64,000 bases of DNA from Candidatus Doudnabacteria bacterium. Its GTDB lineage: Bacteria > Patescibacteriota > Doudnabacteria > UBA920. Below are positions 38,647-48,825 of the stretch, piece after piece. Every line of letters begins with the position of its first letter. The stretch's first letter is position 1. The notes below the pieces were generated by a model. The model was not told the origin of the DNA. It was given only the letters and a program-made list of their open reading frames with translations, and ran no database searches. Both the position numbers and the translations under genes were made by a program. The stretch spans positions 35,021 through 99,020 of the forward strand of contig JAEUSF010000003.1 of the NCBI GenBank assembly GCA_016788665.1, read 5' to 3'.

Positions 38647-38991
38647 ATGCCTAAAGAAAACGACGAAAGCGATAACTACCCAGTGCCTGGCCGAATGAGC
38701 TTAGACCAATTACACAAAGAGCAGGCGGAGCTTAAGGAAGCAAAGGCTGTTAGTCAAAAAAACCCTGGTCCCAGGCTTTTAAACGCCATGTCTATGTTTA
38801 GCGTCGCTATAGATTTTGCGCTCATATTGTCTTTGCCGCTTGTTGCTTTCAGTTTGCTTGGACGTTGGCTCGATAATCGGTATAATCAAAAATTTTTTGT
38901 TATTATTGGTTTATTGTTTGCAATATTTGTCAGTAGCGTAGCAATTGCCAAACAAATAAATAAGCTCTCAAAATTAATTAAGAAAAAGTAA
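38647..38991 (+). CDS. ATP synthase protein I-like (AtpI/AtpZ) small 2-TM protein
   Basis: First gene of the atp operon, two TM helices. Confidence 0.4.
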   Translation: MPKENDESDNYPVPGRMSLDQLHKEQAELKEAKAVSQKNPGPRLLNAMSMFSVAIDFALILSLPLVAFSLLGRWLDNRYNQKFFVIIGLLFAIFVSSVAIAKQINKLSKLIKKK

Positions 38992-39870
38992 ATGCTTTTA
39001 GCAATTCCACCTCTTCAGGCCGAAACCTTGTTTAATATCGGACCTTTGCCAATTACAAATTCATACGTAAACACGACCCTGGCAACAATTGTTTTCATTG
39101 TCGTGGCCTTTTTTGTGCAACGAGGAATAAAGAAGTATTACACTAAAAATGTTGCCCCAAAAGGCTTTTTGAATTTTTTGGAAGCTTTGGTTGAATATAT
39201 GTTCGGATATCTGGACCAAGTAACCGCAGATAGGAAAAAGTCTTTGAAGTTCCTGCCTTTTATTGGAGGATTCTTCTTTTTTATATTGTTTGCAAATTGG
39301 CTTGGTCTAATGCCAGGCACAGGGTCTATATATATGTGGGGTATGCATCATGGCGAAGTTCATATGCTTCCAGTTTTTAGGCCAAGTAATACCGACTTAA
39401 ACATGACTCTGGCAATGGCAGTCTTGGCTGTGGCTACTTCTCATTTATTTGGCATTGCTGCAATAGGGTTTTTTAGGTACTTAAATAAATTTATTAAACT
39501 AGGGGACTTGTATAAAGCCATAATATCTTTTAACCCCGTTAAAATTTTAACTGCCATTGTTGAATTTTTTGTCGGAATAATTGAAATTTTTTCCGAAGTA
39601 GCAAAAATGGTTTCGCTGTCTCTTAGGCTTTATGGAAATGTTTTTGCGGGTGAAGTTTTGCTGACTGTTTTGGCAGGCTTGGTTGCGGTTTTTGTACCTT
39701 TGCCCTTTATTGCTCTTGAAATTTTGGTCGGTTTAATCCAGGCAACAGTTTTTTCTATGCTGACCCTTGTCTACTTTAATATGGCGACCATGGAGCATGG
39801 CGGGCATGATAGCGACCATGAGCATGTAGAGACCTCAAAAGAAGAGCCGGTGCGTACCCCGACTATATAA
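38992..39870 (+). CDS. atpB: F0F1 ATP synthase subunit a
   Basis: Conserved LSLRLYGNVFAGEVLL with the essential Arg. Confidence 0.9.
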   Translation: MLLAIPPLQAETLFNIGPLPITNSYVNTTLATIVFIVVAFFVQRGIKKYYTKNVAPKGFLNFLEALVEYMFGYLDQVTADRKKSLKFLPFIGGFFFFILFANWLGLMPGTGSIYMWGMHHGEVHMLPVFRPSNTDLNMTLAMAVLAVATSHLFGIAAIGFFRYLNKFIKLGDLYKAIISFNPVKILTAIVEFFVGIIEIFSEVAKMVSLSLRLYGNVFAGEVLLTVLAGLVAVFVPLPFIALEILVGLIQATVFSMLTLVYFNMATMEHGGHDSDHEHVETSKEEPVRTPTI

Positions 39871-39979
39871 TTTGCTACTAATGCCAGGCTCATTTCTTGG
39901 GCTTGGAATTAGGCGCTAATTAAGTTCCACTAGCGGACATTAAAACAATAATACGCCTAAAACAGATCCGCGTTATTAA

Positions 39980-40216
<237 letters not shown>

Positions 40217-40306
40217 GTTTTAAATTGGTTTGGCTTTATAAAAAGCCGAACCGTATTTGATACTTAACGCTACAGAATAAACTGTAGGATTCTAAAAGTA
40301 AACTTT

Positions 40307-40864
40307 ATGCTAGATTTTATACAAGTTGCTCATGCTGCAACCGAAGCTGCCGCTGTTGAAGCGGAGACCGGAGTTTTAGGAACTTTGGGAATAAACTGGA
40401 AACTTTTTTTGGCCCAATTGTTAAATTTTGGCGTCGTTTTATTTGTTTTAAACAGGTACGTTTTTACACCGGTTGGAAAAAAACTTGAAGAAAGAAGGCT
40501 TAAAATTGAAAAGGCTTTGCAAGATGCTGAAGACATAGAAAAAGAAAAGCAAGAATTTGAAAAGTGGAAGAGCGAGGCTGTGGCTGCTGCTAACAAAAAA
40601 GCTTCAGAAATTGTAACTCTGGCTCAAAATGAAGCGAGTAAAGAAAAGTCGGAAGCGCTTTTAAAAACAAAGCAGGAACAGGAGCAAGTAGTTCGCCAAG
40701 CAAAAAGCAAAATTGAGGAAGAAAAGAAGAAGTCTGTTCAAGAGGCCAAAGGTGAAATTGCAGGTATGGTGACTACGGCAACTGAAAAAATTCTTAAAGA
40801 AAAAATTACTGATAAGAAAGATAAAGAATTAATTGAAAAAACCGTCAAGGCAATAACGGAATAA
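40307..40864 (+). CDS. atpF: F0F1 ATP synthase subunit b
   Basis: N-terminal TM plus a long charged coiled coil. Operon position. Confidence 0.75.
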   Translation: MLDFIQVAHAATEAAAVEAETGVLGTLGINWKLFLAQLLNFGVVLFVLNRYVFTPVGKKLEERRLKIEKALQDAEDIEKEKQEFEKWKSEAVAAANKKASEIVTLAQNEASKEKSEALLKTKQEQEQVVRQAKSKIEEEKKKSVQEAKGEIAGMVTTATEKILKEKITDKKDKELIEKTVKAITE

Positions 40865-40865
40865 A

Positions 40866-41258
40866 ATGAAGTACACTTCAAAACAATACGCACAAAGTTT
40901 GCATGAAGCCTTGTCGGAAAGTAGTCCTAAAGACCAAGACAAGGTTTTAGACAATTTTGTTAAGATTCTCGTACAGAATGGTGATATACCTAAGTATTCG
41001 GAAATTGAAAAAGAACTTTCAGAGCTTATACTTCAAACGCAGGGCAAGAAAGTTGGCTATGTTAGTACGGCCCGGGAAATGAATTTAAGCACTGGGGTCG
41101 TTGAGGAACTGAACGAAAGTGTTAAGTCTGACCTGGAAATTCGCCAAAATGTTGAAAGCGGGCTCGTCGGCGGATTGGTTCTAAAAGTTGGCGACAAGCT
41201 TATAGACGCAAGTATAAAGGAGCAGTTAAATAAATTAAGCAAAAGTTTACAAGAATAA
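40866..41258 (+). CDS. atpH: F0F1 ATP synthase subunit delta (OSCP), unusually short (130 aa)
   Basis: Position between atpF and atpA. C-terminal [22 protein letters not shown] matches the delta C-terminus. Confidence 0.6.
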   Translation: MKYTSKQYAQSLHEALSESSPKDQDKVLDNFVKILVQNGDIPKYSEIEKELSELILQTQGKKVGYVSTAREMNLSTGVVEELNESVKSDLEIRQNVESGLVGGLVLKVGDKLIDASIKEQLNKLSKSLQE

Positions 41259-41260
41259 AT

Positions 41261-42760
41261 ATGGCACAAGCAAATTTAATAGAGCAATTAAAAAGTAAAA
41301 TTAGCGCCTTCGAGCCTTCTTCAAAAGTTGAAAAGGTTGGATATGTGTTAGAGGTTGCTGACGGCATAGCTAGAATTTCAGGTTTGACTGATGCTGCCAG
41401 TATGGAAATGCTAAGTTTTGAAAATGGCGCAAGCGGCGTTGCTTTAAACCTTGAAGAAAACCAGGTTGGTTGTATAGTTTTGGGTGACTACACGGGAATA
41501 AAAGTTGGAGGCGTAGTTAGACCGACTGGAAAAATATTATCTGTGCCTGTGGGTGAGGCTTTAATTGGCCGCACAGTCGGAGCTTTGGGTGAGCCTAAAG
41601 ATGGAAAAGGGGAGATTGTGGCTGCAAAGTTTTATCCGGTTGAGAAAATAGCTCCTGGTGTCATAACAAGACAAGGTGTAAAGGAACCTGTTCAGACCGG
41701 GGTAAAGGCTATAGACGCTCTTATCCCAATTGGTCGTGGGCAACGTGAGCTTATTATTGGTGACCGTCAAACTGGTAAAACTGCTGTTGCTATAGATGCC
41801 ATTATAAACCAAAAAGGTCAAAACATGGTTTGTATTTATGTAGCGGTTGGTCAGAAAGAAAGTAAGGTTGCAAAAATTACCGAGACTTTAAAAGAAAATG
41901 GTGCAATGGATTATACAATAGTTGTCTCTGCTTCGGCTTCTGAGCCGGCGGCTATGTCGTTTTTGGCACCTTACGCGGCAACAGCAATGGGTGAGTATTT
42001 TATGGACCAGGGTAAAGACGTTTTAGTTGTTTACGACGACCTTTCCAAGCAGGCTGTAGCTTATCGTGAAATTTCTTTGCTCTTAAGAAGACCGCCTGGA
42101 CGCGAAGCTTATCCGGGTGATGTGTTTTATTTACACTCTAGGTTATTGGAAAGAGCCGCAAAGTTAAACAAAGATTTTGGTGGTGGTTCTTTGACAGCAC
42201 TGCCAATTATAGAAACTCAGGCAGGCGACGTGTCTGCTTACATTCCAACAAATGTAATTTCTATTACAGATGGGCAAATATTCTTGGAGTCAGATTTATT
42301 TTATAAAGGTATTAGACCGGCTTTGAATGTGGGTATTTCCGTTTCCCGTGTAGGAAGTGCAGCTCAAACCAAAGCAATGAAGAAAGTGGCGGGCAAACTT
42401 AAATTAAGTCTCGCACAATTTAGAGAACTGGAAGCTTTTGCTCAGTTCGGTTCGGATCTGGACGAAAATACGAAGAACCAATTGGAACTTGGTCGCAGAC
42501 TCACGGAAATTTTAAAGCAACCTCAGTATTCTCCGCTTTCTTTAGAACAGCAAGTTACTGTTATTTACGCGGTATCTAACGGCTATTTTAACCCGATTGC
42601 GGCGGAAAAAATGCCGGAAACAGAAAAGGCTTTTCACCAGTACATGAAAGTTCATGCTAAAGATGTTTTGCAAGCTATTTCTACAACTAAAGAATTGAAC
42701 GAAGAAACGGAAAATAAATTAAAGGATGCAATTAAGAGTTTTGTGGAAAGCGTAAAATAA
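41261..42760 (+). CDS. atpA: F0F1 ATP synthase subunit alpha
   Basis: [10 protein letters not shown]-loop, 499 aa. Confidence 0.95.
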   Translation: MAQANLIEQLKSKISAFEPSSKVEKVGYVLEVADGIARISGLTDAASMEMLSFENGASGVALNLEENQVGCIVLGDYTGIKVGGVVRPTGKILSVPVGEALIGRTVGALGEPKDGKGEIVAAKFYPVEKIAPGVITRQGVKEPVQTGVKAIDALIPIGRGQRELIIGDRQTGKTAVAIDAIINQKGQNMVCIYVAVGQKESKVAKITETLKENGAMDYTIVVSASASEPAAMSFLAPYAATAMGEYFMDQGKDVLVVYDDLSKQAVAYREISLLLRRPPGREAYPGDVFYLHSRLLERAAKLNKDFGGGSLTALPIIETQAGDVSAYIPTNVISITDGQIFLESDLFYKGIRPALNVGISVSRVGSAAQTKAMKKVAGKLKLSLAQFRELEAFAQFGSDLDENTKNQLELGRRLTEILKQPQYSPLSLEQQVTVIYAVSNGYFNPIAAEKMPETEKAFHQYMKVHAKDVLQAISTTKELNEETENKLKDAIKSFVESVK

Positions 42761-42765
42761 TTTCT

Positions 42766-43221
42766 ATGGAGTTTTTGCGGCCTGAGTTTGAAAAATATTC
42801 TGAAAAAACCGAAACGGGGTTGGAAAACAGCGTTGAGAGGCTAATGAAAATGGCGGAGTTAAAGTATGCAGAAAATAATTCTATGGTGCTGGTTGTTATA
42901 AACGGAGAGCCTAATGCTGGAAAAACTGAGTTAAAAAATAGGTTTCAGGCGTATTTTCCTAAAGTTGCCGGCCCCAAGCCTCTTTGCACAGCCGTGACCG
43001 GATTTCAAAAGCTTGAAACTTTGCAGGAATTCCCCGAAAAGTTTTTGCTCGTTGAAGAAGTGATCCCTTCGGCACTGGCGGACAAGCTGGCAGCCGATTC
43101 CGGGCTAACGGTTGGTTTATATATTTATATTTATAACCCAAATCTAGCAGAGCATATTTCTGAATCTAGTTCGAAAAGAGCGGACTTAATAATTATAAAT
43201 CCAGATTCTGTAAAAAAATAA
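42766..43221 (+). CDS. Small P-loop-containing hypothetical protein inserted between atpA and atpG (Walker A GEPNAGKTE)
   Basis: 151-aa ORF, 5 nt after atpA and 1 nt before atpG. GxxxxGKT motif at residues 47-54. Confidence 0.5.
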   Translation: MEFLRPEFEKYSEKTETGLENSVERLMKMAELKYAENNSMVLVVINGEPNAGKTELKNRFQAYFPKVAGPKPLCTAVTGFQKLETLQEFPEKFLLVEEVIPSALADKLAADSGLTVGLYIYIYNPNLAEHISESSSKRADLIIINPDSVKK

Positions 43222-43222
43222 T

Positions 43223-44107
43223 ATGGCAGGTATTAAAGAACTTAAAATTCGAATAAAGAGTATACGTGGGACAAGGAAAATTACCCGCGCAATGCAAATG
43301 GTTTCGGCGGCAAAAATGAAACGAGCTCAAAATGCAACGGTTTCTTCCCGTAGTTATTCCGAAATGGCTTGGGAAATTATTAAGAACTTAAGCCGCAAAG
43401 GTGCATTTTCACACCCCTTAATTAAGGCCTATCCGGACGCACAGAAGGTAGGTGTAATACTTATTTCTTCTAACAAAGGGTTGGTTGGAAGCTTGAATGC
43501 TAATTTAATATATTCTCTAAAACAGGTGGTAGCCGAAGCGGACACTTCCAAAATAATTGACCTAATTACTTATGGTAAAAAAGGTCAGATACTAGCTGGA
43601 AGGCTTGGAAAAAATATTAATGCAGATTTTCAAAAGATAGAAAAGGGTCCTAAAATTGAGGATATTTATCCAATTTCGCAGTACATAAGCGACGCATACG
43701 CAAAGGGCGAATACAGTAAATTTTATTTAATATATAATTTTTTCAATTCTACTCTAAGTCAAAAACCTGTTCTTAAGCAGTTGCTTCCTTTTTCTGATGA
43801 CTTGCTTAAACAGCTTGAAGACCCGGACAACCTTCCAACTTCAAACGACATTGATTATGTGTTTGAGCCAGATGTTAACCAAGTTTTGGAGCACTTAGTG
43901 CCTAGAATTTTAGAAAGCCAAATTTATCAGGCGGTTTTAGAAGCCGAAGCTAGCGAGCACAGCGCGAGAATGATAATGATGAAGAACGCGACCGAAGCGG
44001 CGGGTGACTTGATATCTGACTTAACCCTAACTTTTAACCAATTAAGGCAAAATAAGATTACTACCGAGCTCGCCGAAATTACTTCCGGTAAAATCGCTTT
44101 AGAATAA
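43223..44107 (+). CDS. atpG: F0F1 ATP synthase subunit gamma
   Basis: N-terminal ...IKSIRGTRKITRAMQMVSAAKM and C-terminal ...ITTELAEITSG are conserved gamma termini. Confidence 0.9.
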   Translation: MAGIKELKIRIKSIRGTRKITRAMQMVSAAKMKRAQNATVSSRSYSEMAWEIIKNLSRKGAFSHPLIKAYPDAQKVGVILISSNKGLVGSLNANLIYSLKQVVAEADTSKIIDLITYGKKGQILAGRLGKNINADFQKIEKGPKIEDIYPISQYISDAYAKGEYSKFYLIYNFFNSTLSQKPVLKQLLPFSDDLLKQLEDPDNLPTSNDIDYVFEPDVNQVLEHLVPRILESQIYQAVLEAEASEHSARMIMMKNATEAAGDLISDLTLTFNQLRQNKITTELAEITSGKIALE

Positions 44108-44108
44108 A

Positions 44109-44519
44109 ATGAACGAAGAAGAATTTAACCATTTTAATCCTTACGAGGGTAAAAAAGAATCTGGCTTAACACCAGATGAAAAAGATTTGGTCGCAAGTGA
44201 ATTATTTGCTGAACTTCTTGCCTCTTTGAAAGGCACTCAAGCAAGGGATCAGTTGGCAGAATTTATGATACCTGAGCTTGACGAAGATACTCCTGAGCAA
44301 GATGTAACGCCAAATCTTGAACGGCTTAAAGAGTTTTTGGTAAATAATGGTGTTGTTACCGGGCGAGAATTAGAAGAAATAGTTGAGCGAATAATAATTA
44401 AACTGCCCGACTTAAAACTTTCCCAAGAAGCAAATATTGCTACTTGGCAGCCTAGGGTTCAGAATTTTCTTGCAGATGAATTGCGTAAGTTTAACACTAA
44501 CAATTCCGACACGGAATAA
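44109..44519 (+). CDS. Acidic hypothetical protein (136 aa) inserted between atpG and atpD
   Basis: ORF 1 nt after atpG and 9 nt before atpD. Highly acidic, no recognisable motif. Confidence 0.45.
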   Translation: MNEEEFNHFNPYEGKKESGLTPDEKDLVASELFAELLASLKGTQARDQLAEFMIPELDEDTPEQDVTPNLERLKEFLVNNGVVTGRELEEIVERIIIKLPDLKLSQEANIATWQPRVQNFLADELRKFNTNNSDTE

Positions 44520-44525
44520 ATATAA

Positions 44526-45911
<1,386 letters not shown>

Positions 45912-46001
45912 CTCTATCCTAATGAACTTATGAGCTAGCGAAATACTATCGGGTTATTTAATTTTGCAGTTCAAAAAGTTTGCGAGTTCGAAGAAATTTA
46001 T

Positions 46002-46454
46002 ATGAACTTAATTACTTTTAAATTGGTGACGCCAGAAAAAACCGTTCTAAATATGGAATTGGTAAGTTTGACCTGTCCTACAACAACAGGTCAGATAACA
46101 ATTTTGCCAAATCATGAACCGCTTATTTCAACTTTAGTGCCCGGAGAAATGAAGGCTAAAACTAGCGATGAAGAATATTTGCTTAATGTGGCGGGAGGGT
46201 TTGTGCAAGTACAGGCCGGAAGTCAGGTAGTCGTTTTAGCAGATGCGGCGGAGCACTCATATGAAATAGATTTAAAGCGAGCCGAGGAAGCAAAAAAGCG
46301 CGCGGAAGCAGCAATGAAAGAAGTCAGGGTGAATCAGGAAGAGTACGCAAAAGTTGCTGCTGCTTTGGAAAGAAGCCTTGCCAGATTAAATGTAGCAAGA
46401 AAAAGATCTCGCAGAAAAAATCCAATTACCTCGGAAGGTATATTGGAGGAATAA
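46002..46454 (+). CDS. atpC: F0F1 ATP synthase subunit epsilon
   Basis: N-terminal beta-sandwich pattern (LVTPEKTVL...ITILPNHEPLIS) and a C-terminal helical hairpin. Confidence 0.85.
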   Translation: MNLITFKLVTPEKTVLNMELVSLTCPTTTGQITILPNHEPLISTLVPGEMKAKTSDEEYLLNVAGGFVQVQAGSQVVVLADAAEHSYEIDLKRAEEAKKRAEAAMKEVRVNQEEYAKVAAALERSLARLNVARKRSRRKNPITSEGILEE

Positions 46455-46462
46455 TTTGTAAC

Positions 46463-47179
46463 ATGAAATTTGAATACAAACCAGTCTCAGATTTAGAAAA
46501 CTTTGGCTGCGAAATATATAGTTTGCTTGTGGAAAACTCTAAGCAAACTTTTTTCGTTGGCGGGACTGTGCGTGATATTTTACTGAAGCGAAACGTAAAA
46601 GATGTTGATATTTCTACTAGCATTAAACCTGAAGTTGTTGCTGAAATTTTAAAAAAGCATTACATAGATTTCAATCAAACATACAAAAATTTAGGAATTA
46701 TTATTGCTTTAAAAGAACAACATGCGATTGCAGTTGCTACGTTTAGGAAAGAAGCCTACTCTAAATCCCGCTATCCTAAAATTACGTTTATACAGGAAGC
46801 AAAAAAAGATAGCGAGAGGAGAGACTTTACTATAAACTCCTTATACTTAAGCTTAAAAAACGGTCAAATATTAGACTTTCATAATGGCCTAGAGGATATA
46901 AAAAAGAAAAAGATTTGTTTTATAGGAGACCCGAAAAAACGCATTACAGATGATCCTCTGAGGATAGTTAGAGCGCTAAGATTTTCTCTAGAATTAAATT
47001 TTAAAATTGAAAATAAAAGTTATCTTGCCATAAAAAATAAGTTTTTAACTTTAGGAACTTTAACTAAAACAAAAATTTTTAGTGAAGTTGAAAAATTAAC
47101 AAACTTAAGTCAAAGAAAAATATTAATTAAGTGCTTAACTAACGAAAAAAATCTTGACAAATATTTCAAAAGCAGATAA
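46463..47179 (+). CDS. tRNA nucleotidyltransferase/poly(A) polymerase family head domain protein (minimal CCA-adding enzyme-like, 238 aa)
   Basis: FFVGGTVRDILL...DVDIST nucleotidyltransferase motif and the RRDFTINS motif. Confidence 0.7.
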   Translation: MKFEYKPVSDLENFGCEIYSLLVENSKQTFFVGGTVRDILLKRNVKDVDISTSIKPEVVAEILKKHYIDFNQTYKNLGIIIALKEQHAIAVATFRKEAYSKSRYPKITFIQEAKKDSERRDFTINSLYLSLKNGQILDFHNGLEDIKKKKICFIGDPKKRITDDPLRIVRALRFSLELNFKIENKSYLAIKNKFLTLGTLTKTKIFSEVEKLTNLSQRKILIKCLTNEKNLDKYFKSR

Positions 47180-47342
47180 AATAAATTTGTTGAACTAAAA
47201 AACTGTATTAGAAACCAATTGTAAAAAACAGAAACGTCAGGAGCGGAAATTTTTTTTACTACTAATCCGCATTTATGCGGAAGTAGAAAATTAAGAAAGC
47301 ATTAGGCCAAAATTCAGCATAATGCTTTCAAGGGAGAGCCTC

Positions 47343-47414
47343 ATGGCTGTCAAGAAAAAAGCTAAGAAGAAAGTAGCTAAGAAGAAAACCGCTTCCAAAA
47401 AGAAGCGCAGCTAG
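47343..47414 (+). CDS. Candidate 23-aa Lys/Ala-rich peptide (MAVKKKAKKKVAKKKTASKKKRS) with its own RBS and terminator
   Basis: GGGAGAG SD 5 nt upstream of the ATG. A 10-bp-stem hairpin terminator follows. Upstream leader has perfect palindromes (TCCGCATttATGCGGA, AAGCATTA...TAATGCTT). Confidence 0.3.
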   Translation: MAVKKKAKKKVAKKKTASKKKRS

Positions 47415-47442
47415 TCTTCTTAAAATCCGTTTTACGGAACAT

Positions 47443-47480
47443 AAAGCCGCCCCAAAACAGGGCGGCTTTATGTTGGTTGG
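47443..47480 (+). terminator. Hairpin terminator (AAAGCCGCCC / GGGCGGCTTT, loop CAAAACA) after the small basic ORF
   Basis: Perfect 10-bp stem followed by a U-rich stretch (TATGTTGGTT). Confidence 0.45.
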
Positions 47481-47539
47481 CGCACCTTGCTTTTTAAAAG
47501 CAAGTTTAGTATAATAATCGAAGGTCAATATCAATATAT

Positions 47540-47615
47540 CGCGGGATAGAGCAATTGGCAGCTCGTCAGGCTCATAACCTGAAGGTTCCCGGTTCGAGTC
47601 CGGGTCCCGCAACCA
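47540..47615 (+). tRNA. Initiator tRNA-fMet (anticodon CAT)
   Basis: Starts CGCGGGA and ends TCCCGCAACCA, with the C1:A72 mismatch typical of bacterial initiators. CUCAUAA anticodon loop. Close to the E. coli tRNA-fMet sequence. Confidence 0.8.
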
Positions 47616-47995
47616 TAAACCATTCGCTAACGCTCAGGTATATGGCGCGGTCATAAGTCGCGTTTTGAGTGTTGCGACCATTTGTTTATATTGGCGAATG
47701 GTTTATGACCTTACTCGGCCCCGTTTTGGCGGGAGAGTGTTTAGGGCATGAAGGCGACAAATATAATAGCAAAATCGTGACAGATTTTTCCCGCTGTCCG
47801 CGGGATTTATTTTGTTCGTAATTACGCGTGGCGGTCACGCTTAACGTGACTGTTGCCGCGCTTAGCGCGGCGGAGTAGCTGAAGTGTTACCCGCCCGAAC
47901 GTACCCCGCCAGAATGAAACTTTCGGGCTAGCGTTCGGTACGGGCGAGGAGCGTGGGACTCATAAGTCACCTAAGTGATCCGGGGTTTCTATAAT

Positions 47996-48029
47996 ATGTT
48001 TTATGCATATGTTTTATGCATATGTTTTA
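47996..48029. repeat. Tandem repeat, 13-bp unit ATGTTTTATGCAT x2.6
   Basis: Read directly (atgttttatgcat atgttttatgcat atgtttta). Confidence 0.8.
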
Positions 48030-48248
48030 AAGAACACTAAAGGAATTCTATATAAAGGATCAACGGATAATTTAGAATAAAGGAGCATAACTCAAAATTA
48101 TTTAAGTCATTCACGAGAGGTAGGGGAGCATGGATACTTGTGTATTTTGAAGAGTTTAACACTAGGCGAGAGGCGGAAATACGAGAAAAGTATTTTAAGT
48201 CTAAAGCTGGGTGGTTCTATTTTAAAAATACGTTACATCTATTATAAT

Positions 48249-48325
48249 GGCGGAGTAGCTCAGTTAGTTAGAGCGTGGGACTCATAAGCCCAAGGTCGGT
48301 GGTGCAATTCCACCCTCCGCTACCA
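48249..48325 (+). tRNA. tRNA-like gene with CAT anticodon (Met or Ile2/lysidine type), atypical T-loop (G at position 55); preceded by TATAAT
   Basis: 77-nt cloverleaf: acceptor GGCGGAG/CTCCGCT (G1:U72 wobble), D arm GCTC-AGTTAGTTA-GAGC, anticodon loop CUCAUAA, T arm GGTGG-TGCAATT-CCACC, CCA encoded. Confidence 0.5.
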
Positions 48326-48334
48326 AAACACTTT

Positions 48335-48388
48335 GGGACTCATAAGTCACTTAAGTGATCGGTGGTGCAATTCCACCCTCCGCTACCA
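48335..48388 (+). repeat. Partial tandem copy of the tRNA(CAT)-like gene: the anticodon-loop segment and the T arm/acceptor 3' end, interrupted by the palindrome GTCACTTAAGTGAT
   Basis: GGGACTCATAAG then TCACTTAAGTGATC then GGTGGTGCAATTCCACCCTCCGCTACCA. Identical to the 48249 gene except for the insert. Confidence 0.55.
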
Positions 48389-48498
48389 GTCTTCGCTAAA
48401 GCCACGGCTGGCTATGGCCAGCAATATCTAAAGAAGGCTGTCCGACGAAGTCACCTAAGTGACGAAGTTGGACATACATTTAGTCTATAAATTTACAT

Positions 48499-48575
48499 GG
48501 GACCGTAGCTCAATTGGTTAGAGCACTCGCCTGTCACGCGAGAGGTTACGGGTTCGAGCCCCGCCGGTCCCGCCA
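48499..48575 (+). tRNA. tRNA-Asp (anticodon GTC)
   Basis: Acceptor GGGACCG/CGGTCCC, anticodon stem CTCGC/GCGAG with loop CUGUCAC, T arm ACGGG-TTCGAGC-CCCGC, CCA encoded. Confidence 0.85.
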
Positions 48576-48584
48576 TTAGAAAAT

Positions 48585-48612
48585 GCCTCACCTTTATGGT
48601 GGGGCTTTTTCT
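48585..48612 (+). terminator. Rho-independent terminator after tRNA-Asp (GCCTCACC / GGTGGGGC then TTTTT)
   Basis: 8-bp stem including one G-U pair, then a T-run. Confidence 0.5.
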
Positions 48613-48664
48613 ATGGTTAGAGTGGGCGAAAAGTTTATCCGCCGTAGTTTTAGCGAAGGAGGAA

Positions 48665-48683
48665 GCCCCGCCGGTCCCGCCAG
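48665..48683 (+). repeat. 19-nt direct repeat of the tRNA-Asp 3' end (AGCCCCGCCGGTCCCGCCA), 90 bp downstream of the gene; att-like scar
   Basis: Exact copy of tRNA positions 48557-48575. Confidence 0.6.
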
Positions 48684-48825
48684 TAGAAAACCATCTTGCT
48701 TAAGATGGTTATTAGGGCCTAGGCAGGTTAGAGCTGCGGCTGAAACTATATGCTAAAATTATCCTATCAGCCCAAGAGAAAATCAAAGCCTTAAAAGAAG
48801 TAGCTAAAATATTAAGATAAAACTT

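Noticed and set aside
47328-47612. 94-aa minus-strand ORF overlapping tRNA-fMet and the small basic ORF
   Set aside because: It overlaps an RNA gene and a terminator hairpin. It has no RBS.
47617-47990. Hypothesis that the GC-rich noncoding block is RNase P RNA, tmRNA or SRP RNA
   Set aside because: The hallmark motifs I looked for are absent. RNase P: AAAGUCCGG, GGUAAGAGC. tmRNA: a GGGG start with a tRNA-Ala-like end and tag ORF. SRP: AGGUCCGGAAGGAAGCAGC. An Rfam scan is still needed.
47996-48029. Possible CRISPR array from the tandem ATGTTTTATGCAT repeats and the GTCAC palindromes
   Set aside because: The units are contiguous with no spacers, only 13 bp long and 2.6 copies. The palindromes are irregularly spaced and embedded in tRNA fragments. 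No cas genes are present.
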